Of a stretch of 64,000 nt of DNA, positions 25,950 through 36,427 are shown one piece after another. Position 1 is the first letter of the stretch; each line of letters opens with the position of its first letter. The notes under the pieces were generated by a model. It was not told where the DNA came from. It saw nothing but the letters and a program-made list of their open reading frames with translations, and made no database searches. The stretch is from an uncultured Rikenellaceae bacterium (lineage in GTDB: Bacteria > Bacteroidota > Bacteroidia > Bacteroidales > VadinHA17), in NCBI GenBank assembly GCA_964429295.1, contig CAYSBL010000006.1:259-64258 (forward strand), given 5' to 3'. Made by a program: the position numbers and the translations under genes.

Positions 25950-28613
25950 TTAGTCCTCGTGTTCATCATCTTCAGGTTCGCTTTCATTCTTTTTAGCCCC
26001 GGCATATTTTGCCGGATAGGGCAGGTTACCTTTTTCGGTATACCAGAGGATCCTGTTCAGCAGGTCGTCATTTCCTGAGTCCACCCTGGCGAAATCAGGC
26101 AGCATGCTCTTTTTGGCAAAATGAAGGGCTTTCCCTCTGAGTGAGGAAAGCGGCGGATTCATTTCATCGATTGGAATATTGGACGGAAGGGCTGTGTATG
26201 GTGAAAGGTCGGGAACTGTTCCAAAGCAATCTGCCATAGGATTTGCAATTGCATCCTGGATGTTCATTGGAGGCATACCGAGGATCTGTTCTACAGTTCT
26301 GACCATGGATGGCTGGGTGTAGTGTGTGCTGACAGTCTTTTTCAGCCTGGAATAAGGGCTGATGACAAGTGCCACGGTGCGGTATGAGGAGACATGGTCC
26401 CAGCCGCCCTGCGAATCGTCTTCCACAACGAAAATCACTGTGTTTTCCCAGAAACGGCTTTTGCTGAAGGCCTCAACTATTCTGCCGAGAGCCAGGTCGT
26501 TGTCGGCCACCATGGCCCTGGGTGTCGGGAAACCCGGCCTCACACCTGCGGTATGATCGTTCGGAAGGGCGATTACCATCAACTCAGGCATGGCATCGCC
26601 AGGCATTGCCTCATATTCGTGAAGTTCTTTTATAAGCACGTCAGCCCTCATCTGGTCGGTGAAGACATGTGGTCCGTACGAAGGATAGGTAGGGGACAGG
26701 ATATGCCTCACCGGCTCAATAGTTGTAATATTTGTGAAAGGCACCTTTTCTCCTTTCCTGTACATATTGTAAACATCCGTCCATGTTACGTTGTACTTAA
26801 ATACAGGAGAAGACGCCTCACCATAAATCCGAACAGTTCTTCCGTGTTTAAGGGCATTGTCCCAGATGAATCCGGTGGGAGCGTAAACAAGGGCATCTTC
26901 CTGAACATGAGGATAGCTCCTGAACCAGGCTCTCATGTTCTTTTCAATATAATCGGTCACTATGGAGGCATCGGTCCACTGATGCCCCTCGGCCGAGCAT
27001 TTCCCTGATACATGGAAATTATCCAGGAGCAGAAATTCCTCGCACAGGCGATGGGTGTTGGGTGTAATATTGGCTCCGTAGGTGCAAAGTCCGGGATCTC
27101 CCTTTCCCTGGGGCATATCTCCCAGGATCTGATCGTAGGTCCTGTTTTCCTTGATTATGTATAGCACATGTTTGAATACCGAGGGTTCTCCTATCCTGTC
27201 GGGCACCGTTTTCGGGCTGACGCCGCTTCTGGGTGCATCCCTTGCCAGAATAGCCCTCGACAGGTCGTTAAGTGCGATAACAGTATCTGTATAAGATCTC
27301 AGGGTGCGCTTGTCGGGAAACGGGATTGCAGACACCGATGCCAGCATATTGTGTGAATTATAAATGGGATTAGTGGTGGCACTGGTTGTGGATGCAAGCC
27401 TGGCTCCCGCCGCTTCCAGATTGGCAACATAGATTTTTCCCTTGCCAGGCATTACGGACACTCCCGAAGGATATGCTCCCGTGGGTATGAACCCCGTCAC
27501 CGTGCTGACTTTTCCCCGGCCTTTTCTGGCCGACTTTTTTGCAAGTCTGATAACCGCCAGGGCATTGTCCATGCCGTTTGCAACAAACAAGTGTTTCTCA
27601 TCGTCCGAAAGGCAGAGACCGTTGGGGGAGTCGCCGAAAAAAGGATTTATTTCCGGCTGCAGCCTGACACTGATTGTTTCAATAACTTCATCTATCATGG
27701 TGTTAATAACCATGACGTTGTCGCTGTTTGAGTTTGTGAGGTAAACAAAGCGGCCATGACTGTCGGCTATAATTTCGTTCGGATGAAGTCCGACAATGAG
27801 TTCCTTCAGTTTTATTCCGGTTTTTGAATCGATTACAGTAACGCTTCCTTCCCGGGTGCTTCCGCCGGCTTTATTATCGACGCGTGCTGTACCCCAGGGG
27901 ATACCAGCTACCTCAGTGTCGCCGGGAAGGGGTGTACGACCTGCCCAGTTTGTAACATAAAGCTTTCCTTCAGCCATTGCAATGCCGTAAGGGGCAACCC
28001 CGGGATCGGCAACCCAGATTGTATCGCCTGTGGCCAGGTCCTGCTTGATCACCTTATTATTGCCGTTAAGGACCACATAGATGAAATTCCGGTCCGACTC
28101 CCTGTTGATAAGAATTTCATTCGGGAGAGCCATATCGGCAATCCCGTCGCTCCGGTATTCGAACAGGTTAAGAAATTCGGCGGTTGTGCCATCCCAGGAT
28201 GCAGATGCTACAAATGACCTGTCCTCCCTGTTGACTACGCTCCAGTACACTTCAGTTTTGCCGTTGTTAACGAACCATTGTATCCCGGAATAGGTGTTGT
28301 TTGCCCCTCTGAGAAGAGGATGGAAATTATTCCTGAGAACAAACCTTACATCATCCGTACGGGAGTCGATGAAGACTATGCTGGTTCTTTCCATCACGGC
28401 TGTCCATCGTTTGTCGGGGGAAAGCGCCACATCCATTGCATGGTTTTCCAAACCATCATCTCCGAAAAAGATCTGGACCCCGGCTGAATGGACCAGCCTG
28501 TTATAGGGAAGCTGAACCCTGTCGAGGCCGGTGGCAACCTCAGTCTCGGTTGTAACCTGTGCTCCGGCGATGGCGGAGAACAGCAAAAAGCAAAGGGCAA
28601 AGTAATATCTCAT
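25950..28613 (-). CDS. secreted beta-propeller (YncE-like) fused to phosphoesterase/AcpA-phospholipase C family domain
   Basis: Has a signal peptide. The N-terminal half has repeated propeller-like blades. The C-terminal half begins with YIIKENRTYDQILGD, typical of the phosphoesterase family. Confidence 0.65.
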   Translation of the reverse strand: MRYYFALCFLLFSAIAGAQVTTETEVATGLDRVQLPYNRLVHSAGVQIFFGDDGLENHAMDVALSPDKRWTAVMERTSIVFIDSRTDDVRFVLRNNFHPLLRGANNTYSGIQWFVNNGKTEVYWSVVNREDRSFVASASWDGTTAEFLNLFEYRSDGIADMALPNEILINRESDRNFIYVVLNGNNKVIKQDLATGDTIWVADPGVAPYGIAMAEGKLYVTNWAGRTPLPGDTEVAGIPWGTARVDNKAGGSTREGSVTVIDSKTGIKLKELIVGLHPNEIIADSHGRFVYLTNSNSDNVMVINTMIDEVIETISVRLQPEINPFFGDSPNGLCLSDDEKHLFVANGMDNALAVIRLAKKSARKGRGKVSTVTGFIPTGAYPSGVSVMPGKGKIYVANLEAAGARLASTTSATTNPIYNSHNMLASVSAIPFPDKRTLRSYTDTVIALNDLSRAILARDAPRSGVSPKTVPDRIGEPSVFKHVLYIIKENRTYDQILGDMPQGKGDPGLCTYGANITPNTHRLCEEFLLLDNFHVSGKCSAEGHQWTDASIVTDYIEKNMRAWFRSYPHVQEDALVYAPTGFIWDNALKHGRTVRIYGEASSPVFKYNVTWTDVYNMYRKGEKVPFTNITTIEPVRHILSPTYPSYGPHVFTDQMRADVLIKELHEYEAMPGDAMPELMVIALPNDHTAGVRPGFPTPRAMVADNDLALGRIVEAFSKSRFWENTVIFVVEDDSQGGWDHVSSYRTVALVISPYSRLKKTVSTHYTQPSMVRTVEQILGMPPMNIQDAIANPMADCFGTVPDLSPYTALPSNIPIDEMNPPLSSLRGKALHFAKKSMLPDFARVDSGNDDLLNRILWYTEKGNLPYPAKYAGAKKNESEPEDDEHED

Positions 28614-28705
28614 ATTATCTGATTTATTAAGTTAAATATCAATCAGTCTGTCTGTTATGTAAAAGGAGCAGATAGAAGCCCGCTTCACCTAAGATAGGGA
28701 TAAAA

Positions 28706-28741
28706 ATCAAAAAAAAGACTGAAGGGAAACTTCAGTCTTTC
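28706..28741 (-). terminator. Rho-independent terminator for the DUF3127 gene
   Basis: A 9-bp stem AGACTGAAG/CTTCAGTCT (28716-28724 / 28730-28738) has a GGAAA loop. On the minus strand it is followed by a run of 7 T. Confidence 0.75.
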
Positions 28742-28747
28742 ATTTTT

Positions 28748-29128
28748 TCAGAACGGCAGGTCACTGAGATCATCAATTTCCGGCGGAGCGTCTTCAAGCT
28801 CAGGACCGGGTTTGGACACCTCGTTCCTGGCGGGTTCTGATACTCTTTCAATTTTCCAGGCATCGAGGTTTGTGAAATAATTCACACGACCGTCGCGTTC
28901 CCATCTGTTACCCCTTAGATTAAAGGATATTTTTACTTCCTCGTTAAGAAAAGATTCATTTATGAGGTCGCATTTGTCCTGGACAAGCTGGAATTTGATG
29001 TAGTCAATAAAAACCGCAGAACCTCCAGTATCTTTTTTCTCAATTACAAATTCACGTTTTTTGAATTTGTCGCTGACCTGGTTAACAGGCATGACGTCGA
29101 CTACCCGGCCGGTGATCTCGAATGACAT
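28748..29128 (-). CDS. DUF3127-like OB-fold protein
   Basis: MSFEITGRVVDVMPVNQVSDKFKKREFVIEKKD matches the typical DUF3127 N-terminal pattern, and the tail is acidic. Confidence 0.55.
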   Translation of the reverse strand: MSFEITGRVVDVMPVNQVSDKFKKREFVIEKKDTGGSAVFIDYIKFQLVQDKCDLINESFLNEEVKISFNLRGNRWERDGRVNYFTNLDAWKIERVSEPARNEVSKPGPELEDAPPEIDDLSDLPF

Positions 29129-29129
29129 A

Positions 29130-29588
29130 TTATTCTTCGTTTATTGTTATTTTTTCAATCTGGTCTCCCTGACGTATTGCGTCAATTACATCAAGGCCTT
29201 CAATCACTTTTCCAAAGCAGGTATGCTGTCCGTCTAGGTGCTTTGTATTGCTTCTGTTGTGACAGATGAAGAACTGGGATCCGCCAGTGTTTCTTCCGGC
29301 GTGGGCCATTGAAAGGACACCTTTGTCGTGATACTGGTTTCCGCCCGTAAGTTCGCAGGGGATCTTGTATCCGGGACCTCCGGTTCCTACTCTTGGATCG
29401 CTCAGATCCCGTGAAAAGGGACAGCCTCCCTGGATGACGAAATTTGGAATTACCCTGTGGAATGCCAGTCCGTCATAGAATCCCTCTCCTGCCAGTTTTA
29501 CAAAGTTTTCGACTGTGCCCGGTGCATCTTCCTCATAGAAGCTGACCTTCATAATGCCCTTTGGTGTATGGATTTCAGCTGTTCTCAT
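29130..29588 (-). CDS. ppiB: cyclophilin-type peptidyl-prolyl cis-trans isomerase
   Basis: [13 protein letters not shown] and GSQFFI motifs are present. Confidence 0.9.
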   Translation of the reverse strand: MRTAEIHTPKGIMKVSFYEEDAPGTVENFVKLAGEGFYDGLAFHRVIPNFVIQGGCPFSRDLSDPRVGTGGPGYKIPCELTGGNQYHDKGVLSMAHAGRNTGGSQFFICHNRSNTKHLDGQHTCFGKVIEGLDVIDAIRQGDQIEKITINEE

Positions 29589-29589
29589 G

Positions 29590-30303
29590 TTATTCGACTA
29601 TGTCAAGCAGTTCGACTTCAAAAATCAGAGTGGAGAAAGGTTTTATGGGATCACCGGGAGCATTTGCACCATAACCGAGATCCTGGGGCAGGTAGATCTT
29701 GAATTTCGAGCCTACGGGCATTAGCTGAAGAGCTTCAGTCCAGCCTGAAATGACTCCTGCAAGAGGAAACTGGGCAGGTTCGCCTCTTTTAACAGAAGAG
29801 TCAAATTCGGTACCGTCGATCATTGTTCCAATATAATGGACCTTAACTGTACTGTTAATGGTGGGTTTGTTTCCGGTTCCCATTTTGATAACCTCATATT
29901 GAAGTCCGCTTGGAGTAACGATAACTCCTGATTTCTCCTTGTTTTTTGCAAGAAATGCCTCATTATCAGCAATATAGTCCTTATATAATATTTTGTCCTG
30001 TTCAGCTTGCCTTTCAGCCATTTCAGCCTGACGCCTGGTAAGATACGACATTATAACACCATTTGCAATCTCATCCGACATACTGGATTTGCCTTTTTCA
30101 CTGTCCATCATCGCCTTAGCAACAAGCAACGGATTCACCACAATCGAATCAGCCTGCAGCTGTTTGAAATTGAACATCCCGAAGGCATATGAAAGCGAGT
30201 CGGCATTGGTTTTCAATTTGGCATTTGTTATGGACTGCTTTGCGCAGGAGCCAAGCATGAGGGTAACAACAGCGGTCAGAACAATTAATTCCTTGATTTT
30301 CAT
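29590..30303 (-). CDS. FKBP-type peptidyl-prolyl isomerase lipoprotein (FklB/Mip-like)
   Basis: Has a signal peptide with a Cys (GSCAK). The C-terminal FKBP domain contains [12 protein letters not shown] and VISGWTEAL. Confidence 0.85.
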   Translation of the reverse strand: MKIKELIVLTAVVTLMLGSCAKQSITNAKLKTNADSLSYAFGMFNFKQLQADSIVVNPLLVAKAMMDSEKGKSSMSDEIANGVIMSYLTRRQAEMAERQAEQDKILYKDYIADNEAFLAKNKEKSGVIVTPSGLQYEVIKMGTGNKPTINSTVKVHYIGTMIDGTEFDSSVKRGEPAQFPLAGVISGWTEALQLMPVGSKFKIYLPQDLGYGANAPGDPIKPFSTLIFEVELLDIVE

Positions 30304-30383
30304 TTGATATTGATTTAATTTTTAGAAATTTTGGCAAAGATAATACTTTGGCATCAGGAAAAAAGGACGGCTTTAATAAATTT

Positions 30384-31040
30384 TCAAATTTTTACCGCCC
30401 GTGTGATCTGTCTTTTTCCCGGAGGGCCGGGAAGAAGAGTAACGTTGAAACCTGCTCTTTTGAGCGATCTCTGCACGCTTCCCTTGGCAGAGTAAGTTAC
30501 AAGCAGACCTCCGGGTACGGTTATGGCCGCCATTTTCTCAAATACTTCGTCGGTCCACATCTCAGGCTGTTTGTCGGGTCCGAAGGCATCGAAATATACC
30601 AGGTCATAAATTCCTTCCGGATCCATCTCAGTCAGGTCTCCTTCTTTCTTCAGGAGTGTAAAGTTATCTGAGATGTCAAAGGGTGAGTTCCAAGGGCAGG
30701 AATGTATTTCACGGAAGATATCAGCCTCACCGGGGAACAGGCTTGAATAGTTAAGCTTTCCGGTAATATGAGAGGGGAGAGGATATTTTTCAAAAGAGGT
30801 ATAGAATGTTTTTCTCTCTGTCAGCGATGATTCGACAGCAGTCAGCAATGCATTGAGTCCGGTTCCGAAACCTGCTTCGAAAATTCTGACCGGTGATGCA
30901 GTGGAGTACCTGAATCCATTGTCGATAAAAATAAAGCCTGATTCCTGAACAGCGCCGTGGATGGAATGGTAATGTTCATTAAGTTCGGGAACGTAAAGAG
31001 TATGAGAGCCGTCTTTGGTAAGAATAATCTCAGGCATCAC
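30384..31040 (-). CDS. mnmD: tRNA (mnm5s2U34) methyltransferase MnmD
   Basis: The N-terminus ILTKDGSHTLYVPELNEHYHSIHGAVQES is typical of stand-alone MnmD. The SAM motif FEAGFGTGLN is present. Confidence 0.75.
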   Translation of the reverse strand: MMPEIILTKDGSHTLYVPELNEHYHSIHGAVQESGFIFIDNGFRYSTASPVRIFEAGFGTGLNALLTAVESSLTERKTFYTSFEKYPLPSHITGKLNYSSLFPGEADIFREIHSCPWNSPFDISDNFTLLKKEGDLTEMDPEGIYDLVYFDAFGPDKQPEMWTDEVFEKMAAITVPGGLLVTYSAKGSVQRSLKRAGFNVTLLPGPPGKRQITRAVKI

Positions 31041-31636
31041 CAGTTTGAATCATACCATGAGCGTACATCAGTGGGGATCATTCCGGCCATTCGGGCAGCC
31101 TCAAGTCCAAGATCGCCGTCTTCAAACACTTCAATATGAGATGGTTCTACATTCATCATTTCAGCGCATTTCAGGAATGTTTCCGGATGGGGCTTGAAAT
31201 TATCCACATCATTGGCTGTCACAATAATGTCGAAGTATTGACTGAGTCCCGCTATTTTTAGGGTGCGTTCAACAGCCTCCCTGTGACCTCCGGTTCCGAC
31301 AGCCATCGGGAGCTTGCCATGATATTTCCTTACTATATCGGCAACAGGTTCTATTTCCCTGACATTATGCTGTACCCTGAAGAACTGATCAAGTTTTTCG
31401 GTGATGATCTGTTCAACTGAGACCTTTCCTTCAAGCCCGCTGTTCTTAATAATCTCCGAGGCTATCAGCCATCCGGGACTGCCGGTGTGGAGTCTCAGGA
31501 ATGCCGTATCGATAGTGGCGCCGTATTTTTTGCAGGCAGCCTGCCAGCCCTGAAAATGATAAGGCATGGTATCGGCAAGCGTACCGTCGAGATCAAAGAT
31601 CAAACCCTTTACCCCGGGCTGAATGTCATATTTCAT
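31037..31636 (-). CDS. HAD-family phosphatase (beta-phosphoglucomutase-like subfamily IA)
   Basis: IFDLDGTLADT is HAD motif I, with a distal FEDGDLG motif. It overlaps mnmD by 4 nt. Confidence 0.8.
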   Translation of the reverse strand: MKYDIQPGVKGLIFDLDGTLADTMPYHFQGWQAACKKYGATIDTAFLRLHTGSPGWLIASEIIKNSGLEGKVSVEQIITEKLDQFFRVQHNVREIEPVADIVRKYHGKLPMAVGTGGHREAVERTLKIAGLSQYFDIIVTANDVDNFKPHPETFLKCAEMMNVEPSHIEVFEDGDLGLEAARMAGMIPTDVRSWYDSNW

Positions 31637-31674
31637 AAGCGGAAAAAACTAAGGGGCAAAGGTAAGCAATCTTT

Positions 31675-32766
31675 CTATTTTATCCTCAGGTTCGACTGGC
31701 TTTCAAACCACAGACAATCATTCCTGAGCTTTCTGGCAAGACTGTTCCTGTTGTCAATTCCCCTATAGAATTCATCAAGATACTTTATCATTCCCTGTTT
31801 TACATTATCAGGCAGGTAAGGGAATGAGCTTATTACACTGTAGAAATCATTCTTCTTTTCCGCGAACTCATTAAGTAGTTCAACAAAACGTTCCTCGCTT
31901 CTGCAAACAGCCATGTACAGACGTTCCCTGACTGTCTTTATCGGCAGGTCGGTAAACGGAACAGCGTAGTTAGTGTTTACCAGCCCGGAATAATCAAAAT
32001 CGTATGCCACAATCATATTATCATTCGGATACGGGTTCTGTGCCTCCTGAAGGATTATCACGTTATGATGGATCGGAACCGACCAGTCGGAATTGCCTAT
32101 CATGTAGTTGAATATGGCAACCCTGTCAAGCATATCCTGCCTGATTTCCCTCTGGGTAAGTTTTCTTTCCACCTCAACGGTTCCGGTCCGGCGTTCCATG
32201 TTCTCTACAGGCTCTATGGCAAAACCATACTGGGTTAGCGGTTTCTTTTCCTTTGCCGTGTTAATGTAAGTGATCCTGAAGAGCCTTGCTCTCAGACTGT
32301 ATTCGGTAACAATATTGAACATCTTGTAGGCCAGGTATTCCTTTAATATATACTGTTCGAAACCTGCCCTGCAATACGGAACAATCTTAAGTTTGTTGAT
32401 CCCTGCAAATTCAGTGTTTTCAGAGTCCGTAACCTTGAAGTTAAGCATCATGGGAGGGAAGTCGCATATGGCTGTGCGCCGTATGTTGCCGCGTGCCCTG
32501 ACTCTAATGTTTTTTACAACAGAGTCTGTTTCGCCAAGGTAGTATGTCAGGACAGCAGGCAGATACATCGTATCCGATTTATACCTTTTGTACTTGTTGA
32601 TGTCAAACTTAATTGAAATGTCAAGCACATCGTCAGTATCAAAAAGCGTGACCCGGACAGCCTGGGTGTCACGTACGGCAAAATTGGAGTCGAGCGAGTC
32701 GATCTGGGCAGAAAGGGAGGCTGTCAGGAAAGCCGTGAACAGAACTACCGGAATGATTCTTTTCAT
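31675..32766 (-). CDS. secreted hypothetical protein (weak CotH-like features)
   Basis: Has a signal peptide, MKRIIPVVLFTAFLTASLSAQ. I cannot assign a firm family. Confidence 0.45.
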   Translation of the reverse strand: MKRIIPVVLFTAFLTASLSAQIDSLDSNFAVRDTQAVRVTLFDTDDVLDISIKFDINKYKRYKSDTMYLPAVLTYYLGETDSVVKNIRVRARGNIRRTAICDFPPMMLNFKVTDSENTEFAGINKLKIVPYCRAGFEQYILKEYLAYKMFNIVTEYSLRARLFRITYINTAKEKKPLTQYGFAIEPVENMERRTGTVEVERKLTQREIRQDMLDRVAIFNYMIGNSDWSVPIHHNVIILQEAQNPYPNDNMIVAYDFDYSGLVNTNYAVPFTDLPIKTVRERLYMAVCRSEERFVELLNEFAEKKNDFYSVISSFPYLPDNVKQGMIKYLDEFYRGIDNRNSLARKLRNDCLWFESQSNLRIK

Positions 32767-32915
32767 GACGAACGATTTTAATAGCCTGTGATTAAATCCC
32801 GAATACCTAAAAAAAGCGAATAAAGTACCGATTTATTTTCCGGGGCAAAAAAAATTACCGTGCCGAAAAGTAAACCATGAAGCAGCGCGAGGGCTTACAA
32901 AAGCCTTTAGACCGG

Positions 32916-32952
32916 GTTTTTAATGTTATAACATTGTTATAACATTGAAAAC
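32916..32952. promoter_or_regulatory. 37-bp AT-rich near-perfect inverted repeat (candidate operator or RNA hairpin)
   Basis: GTTTTTAATGTTATAAC-ATT-GTTATAACATTGAAAAC has 17-nt arms with one mismatch. It contains the core TGTTATAACA twice. It lies ~150 bp upstream of the start at 32766, in the 297-bp spacer after tkt. Confidence 0.5.
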
Positions 32953-33063
32953 GGGCTGTTCACCTTTAAAGAACATTTAATCATACACTCCGGTTCATCA
33001 AACAGTAAAAACAGCCTGGTCCGGGTGGCCTTCAGGGCCATGAAACAGACCTTCATCGGAGTT

Positions 33064-35103
33064 TTATTTAAATGAGGCAAGGTAATCCTTTACCTGCCTG
33101 TAAACATTTTCAGCAGTGAATCCGAATTTTTCATCGAGCACCTTATATGGTGCCGAGTAACCGAATGATGAAACTCCCCAGACCTTTCCGTTTTGCCCTG
33201 CAAGTCCCTGAAGGGTTACAGGCAGTCCGGCAGTAAGTCCGAAGACAGGTATTCCTCCGGGAATAACCGAATCGCGGTATTCCCGTGCCTGGTTTCTGAA
33301 AAGGCCTTCGGACGGTGCTGACACAATTCTTATTTTAATACCTTCCTTCTTAAGCATTTCGGCTCCTCCGGTCAGGGTAGCGACCTCTGATCCGCTGGCC
33401 AGGAGAATAACATCGGGAGTTCCCTGGCAATCGGCGACTATATAAGCTCCTTTCTCAGTCTTTAGTGCTTCCTGGTATCTGGATCCGCGTTCAGCAGGCA
33501 GATCAGCGATGTTCTGACGCGACAGCAGAAGGGCGGTGGGAGTGGTCTTGTTTTCAAGGGCAAGCTTCCATGATACTGTTGTCTCAGCTGAATCTGCAGG
33601 TCTGAGGACGAGCATGCTGTTTGCGCCGCTGTGATTTTTCAGTTGTTCCATCAGCCTTATTTGTGCTTCCTGTTCCACGGGCTGGTGAGTTGGTCCGTCT
33701 TCACCTACGCGGAAGGCATCATGTGTCCAGATGTATTTAACAGGAAGTTCCATAAGGCAGGCAAGCCTGACAGCAGGTTTCATATAATCGGAGAAAACGA
33801 AGAATGTACCGCAGGCAGGTATTACACCACCGTGGAGAGCCATTCCGTTCATGACAGCTGCCATTGTGAGTTCAGCAACTCCGGCCTGGAGAAATGATCC
33901 CGAGAAATCACCTTTGGTGAATGCCCTGGTCTTTTTAAGAAAGCCGTCGGTCTTGTCGGAGTTGGAAAGATCGGCTGATGCAACTATCATGTTTTCGATC
34001 CCGGAAGCCAGAACACCCAGTACAACCGATGAAGCAGCCCTGGTAGCCGAGTTTTCCTTCTGTACTATGGCGCTGAAATCAATATCCGGGATATCGCCCG
34101 ACCAGAACTTATTGAGTTTTTTCTCCAGTTCGGGATTTTCGGATGCCCATCCTGCCTTTTTTCTGTTCCATTCGTCAGCAGCTTTTCTTTTATCTGAAAG
34201 AATCTGATTGTAAAGGGTTTTAACATCTTCAAACACCTGGAACGGATCGGCCGGATTGCCTCCCAGGTTAACAAGCGATTTTTCGAATGAGCCGCCGGCC
34301 TCACCGACCGGCATGCCATGAGTGGACGTTTTTCTTTCAAAGCTGTTCCCGTCGTTGTCAAGGAGTCCTTTGCCCATGATGGTTTTACCGATTATGATCA
34401 CCGGCTTTTCCTTCTCGTTCACAGCTTCCCTGAGGGCATTCCTGATCTGGTCGTGGTCGTTTCCGTTAATCGTAATAACCCTCCAGCCCCATGCGGTGTA
34501 TTTCATTGAAGTATCCTCGGCCGTAACTGCTTTGGTCTCGGTTGAAAGCTGGATATCATTCGAGTCGTAGAACATCACCAGGTTATTAAGTCCAAGGAAG
34601 CCGGCAAGTCTTCCCGCGCCCTGAGATATCTCCTCCTGGACTCCGCCGTCGGAAATAAAGGTAAAGGTTTTGTGGGCGAACAATTCACCGAAGCGTGCTG
34701 CAAGGAACCTTTCGGCAATGGCGGCACCCACAGCCATTGTATGTCCCTGTCCGAGCGGGCCCGAGGTGTTTTCAATTCCGCGGGCTATATCCAGTTCAGG
34801 ATGTCCTGGAGTGGGGCTTCCCCACTGCCTGAAGCTGCGAAGTTCTTCGGTGGTGAAATGTCCTGTAAGGGTCAGGATTGAATAGAGCATGGGCGACATG
34901 TGTCCGGGATCGAGAAAAAACCTGTCGCGGTTGATCCACCGTGGATCGTCGGGATTAAAACTGAGAAATTCTGAAAACAGGATATGAATGAAATCAGCTC
35001 CGCCCATTGCGCCGCCGGGATGACCGGAACGGGCCTTTTCGACCATTGCCATTGACAGTATCCTTATGTTGTCCGCTGCCCTTAAGTGCACTTCATTATT
35101 CAT
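33064..35103 (-). CDS. tkt: transketolase
   Basis: Contains SGHPGGAMGGADF (the TPP motif region), GPLGQG and the C-terminal domains. The track ORF extends to 35292, but homology starts at MNNEVHLRAADNIR, so the ATG at 35103 is preferred. Confidence 0.93.
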   Translation of the reverse strand: MNNEVHLRAADNIRILSMAMVEKARSGHPGGAMGGADFIHILFSEFLSFNPDDPRWINRDRFFLDPGHMSPMLYSILTLTGHFTTEELRSFRQWGSPTPGHPELDIARGIENTSGPLGQGHTMAVGAAIAERFLAARFGELFAHKTFTFISDGGVQEEISQGAGRLAGFLGLNNLVMFYDSNDIQLSTETKAVTAEDTSMKYTAWGWRVITINGNDHDQIRNALREAVNEKEKPVIIIGKTIMGKGLLDNDGNSFERKTSTHGMPVGEAGGSFEKSLVNLGGNPADPFQVFEDVKTLYNQILSDKRKAADEWNRKKAGWASENPELEKKLNKFWSGDIPDIDFSAIVQKENSATRAASSVVLGVLASGIENMIVASADLSNSDKTDGFLKKTRAFTKGDFSGSFLQAGVAELTMAAVMNGMALHGGVIPACGTFFVFSDYMKPAVRLACLMELPVKYIWTHDAFRVGEDGPTHQPVEQEAQIRLMEQLKNHSGANSMLVLRPADSAETTVSWKLALENKTTPTALLLSRQNIADLPAERGSRYQEALKTEKGAYIVADCQGTPDVILLASGSEVATLTGGAEMLKKEGIKIRIVSAPSEGLFRNQAREYRDSVIPGGIPVFGLTAGLPVTLQGLAGQNGKVWGVSSFGYSAPYKVLDEKFGFTAENVYRQVKDYLASFK

Positions 35104-35212
35104 AAAAGAGATTTTAACCGTTGTTAAATGTGACGATAACAAAAATATAATTAATTGATGACAGATCAAAGCAAGGCGGCATAAAGCCGTGTTTAAAACT
35201 CCGGAAAGTATT

Positions 35213-36427
35213 CTATAGTCCGAGCTTTGTTCTGATGGCGGGAGGTATTCCGTCCTTGTGAACCATAATGAACATGGTTTTTGCCCTAACAAAGCTTTCA
35301 GACATGTTCAGGTAACCTCCAAATGTATTTCTGTCGGTTCCCCATGAGTTCTTCGTCTTGTAGTATTTTACCCCGTTCTGGTCCTTTACAATGCCTGTAA
35401 GATGCATCAGATGATCGTCGGTAGTAACAAAGGTCTCATAGCCTTCCTGGCGTATTTCCTGGCTAATACTGACTTCGGGACCGGGTTCAGGAGGTTCAGG
35501 GACCGAGGACTGGGTGTTTCCGGGTCCCGTTCTTTCAAGTCTGGCCCTGTCGGTCACAGGCAATCCGGCAGGCTGCCGGACTTCAGGAATGAAAGCAACT
35601 CCATTGGTGTGTGAGAAATTCCTTTCGCTTACGTCACCGTCCCAGTTCACGGTGTACCCGTTATTCAGTGAATAGTCCATGATCTCGATGAGCTCGTCGA
35701 GCGGAACATTGTAGAACCGACCCATGGTCCAGTTGTCGGGTACCTCGAGCAGTCCCTGCGTATAGAACGGGAAATGGGTGAAGGAGGTTATCTCGACATA
35801 GTCGGCCGGATTAATTCCAAGACTCTCAGCAAAGGAAAGAGGTGTATAGGTGGCTCCCCTGTAAGTGAAAGTTTCAGGCACTTTGCCGAGGTAAGCATCA
35901 AGAATGGAATTGACTATCTGACGGTACTGGTCGCTTTCCCTCTTTCTCTGCACAGGGACGGCAGCCACTGCGTTAATGAAAGCCTGAAGCTCACCGTGGT
36001 TGTGAGTCGGGGAGCCGTAATTCAATCCGTTGTACACTTCCTCAGGCACGATTCCTTCTTCGGAAAACTGCCTGAAAAAGTCATGGGAAAGGCTTCCGGG
36101 ACCCAGATTCCCCTTGCCCTGCCGAAGGTAATTATCCTTCAGCCTGTCGATATAGTTATTTCTGACAATGAACATTTCCGAAAGATCATATTCTCCCTTT
36201 CCCATCCTCAGAAGTTCCGATTCTACAAAGGATGTTGTTGCGAAACACCAGCAGGTGCCTGTGCTCGCCTGGTTCTTGACCGGTGTGGCTTTCAGGTCGA
36301 CGACAGGTGTGAAGACGAAACCTTCGGTTTCATTTTTGGTTTCGGTTTTGTTGTTTTTAACACGCTGGGCTGTGGAGACGGAACTCATCAATCCTATGCA
36401 TATTACAATAAAAATGGTTCTTTTCAT
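35213..36427 (-). CDS. pepC: C1-family cysteine peptidase, aminopeptidase C / bleomycin hydrolase-like
   Basis: NQASTGTCWCFATTSF holds the catalytic Cys motif. A signal-like N-terminus is present. Size is 404 aa. Confidence 0.8.
   Translation of the reverse strand: MKRTIFIVICIGLMSSVSTAQRVKNNKTETKNETEGFVFTPVVDLKATPVKNQASTGTCWCFATTSFVESELLRMGKGEYDLSEMFIVRNNYIDRLKDNYLRQGKGNLGPGSLSHDFFRQFSEEGIVPEEVYNGLNYGSPTHNHGELQAFINAVAAVPVQRKRESDQYRQIVNSILDAYLGKVPETFTYRGATYTPLSFAESLGINPADYVEITSFTHFPFYTQGLLEVPDNWTMGRFYNVPLDELIEIMDYSLNNGYTVNWDGDVSERNFSHTNGVAFIPEVRQPAGLPVTDRARLERTGPGNTQSSVPEPPEPGPEVSISQEIRQEGYETFVTTDDHLMHLTGIVKDQNGVKYYKTKNSWGTDRNTFGGYLNMSESFVRAKTMFIMVHKDGIPPAIRTKLGL

Noticed and set aside
35104-35292. 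N-terminal extensions in the ORF track: tkt to 35292, hydA from 38398, hdrB-like from 14887, CotH from 48414, pfkA to 2687, SIS gene to 12415
   Set aside because: The extensions overlap upstream genes or lack homology-like sequence. Internal ATGs coincide with the start of conserved N-termini (for example MNNEVHLRAADNIR for tkt and MINLTINDQ for hydA), so the shorter models were used.
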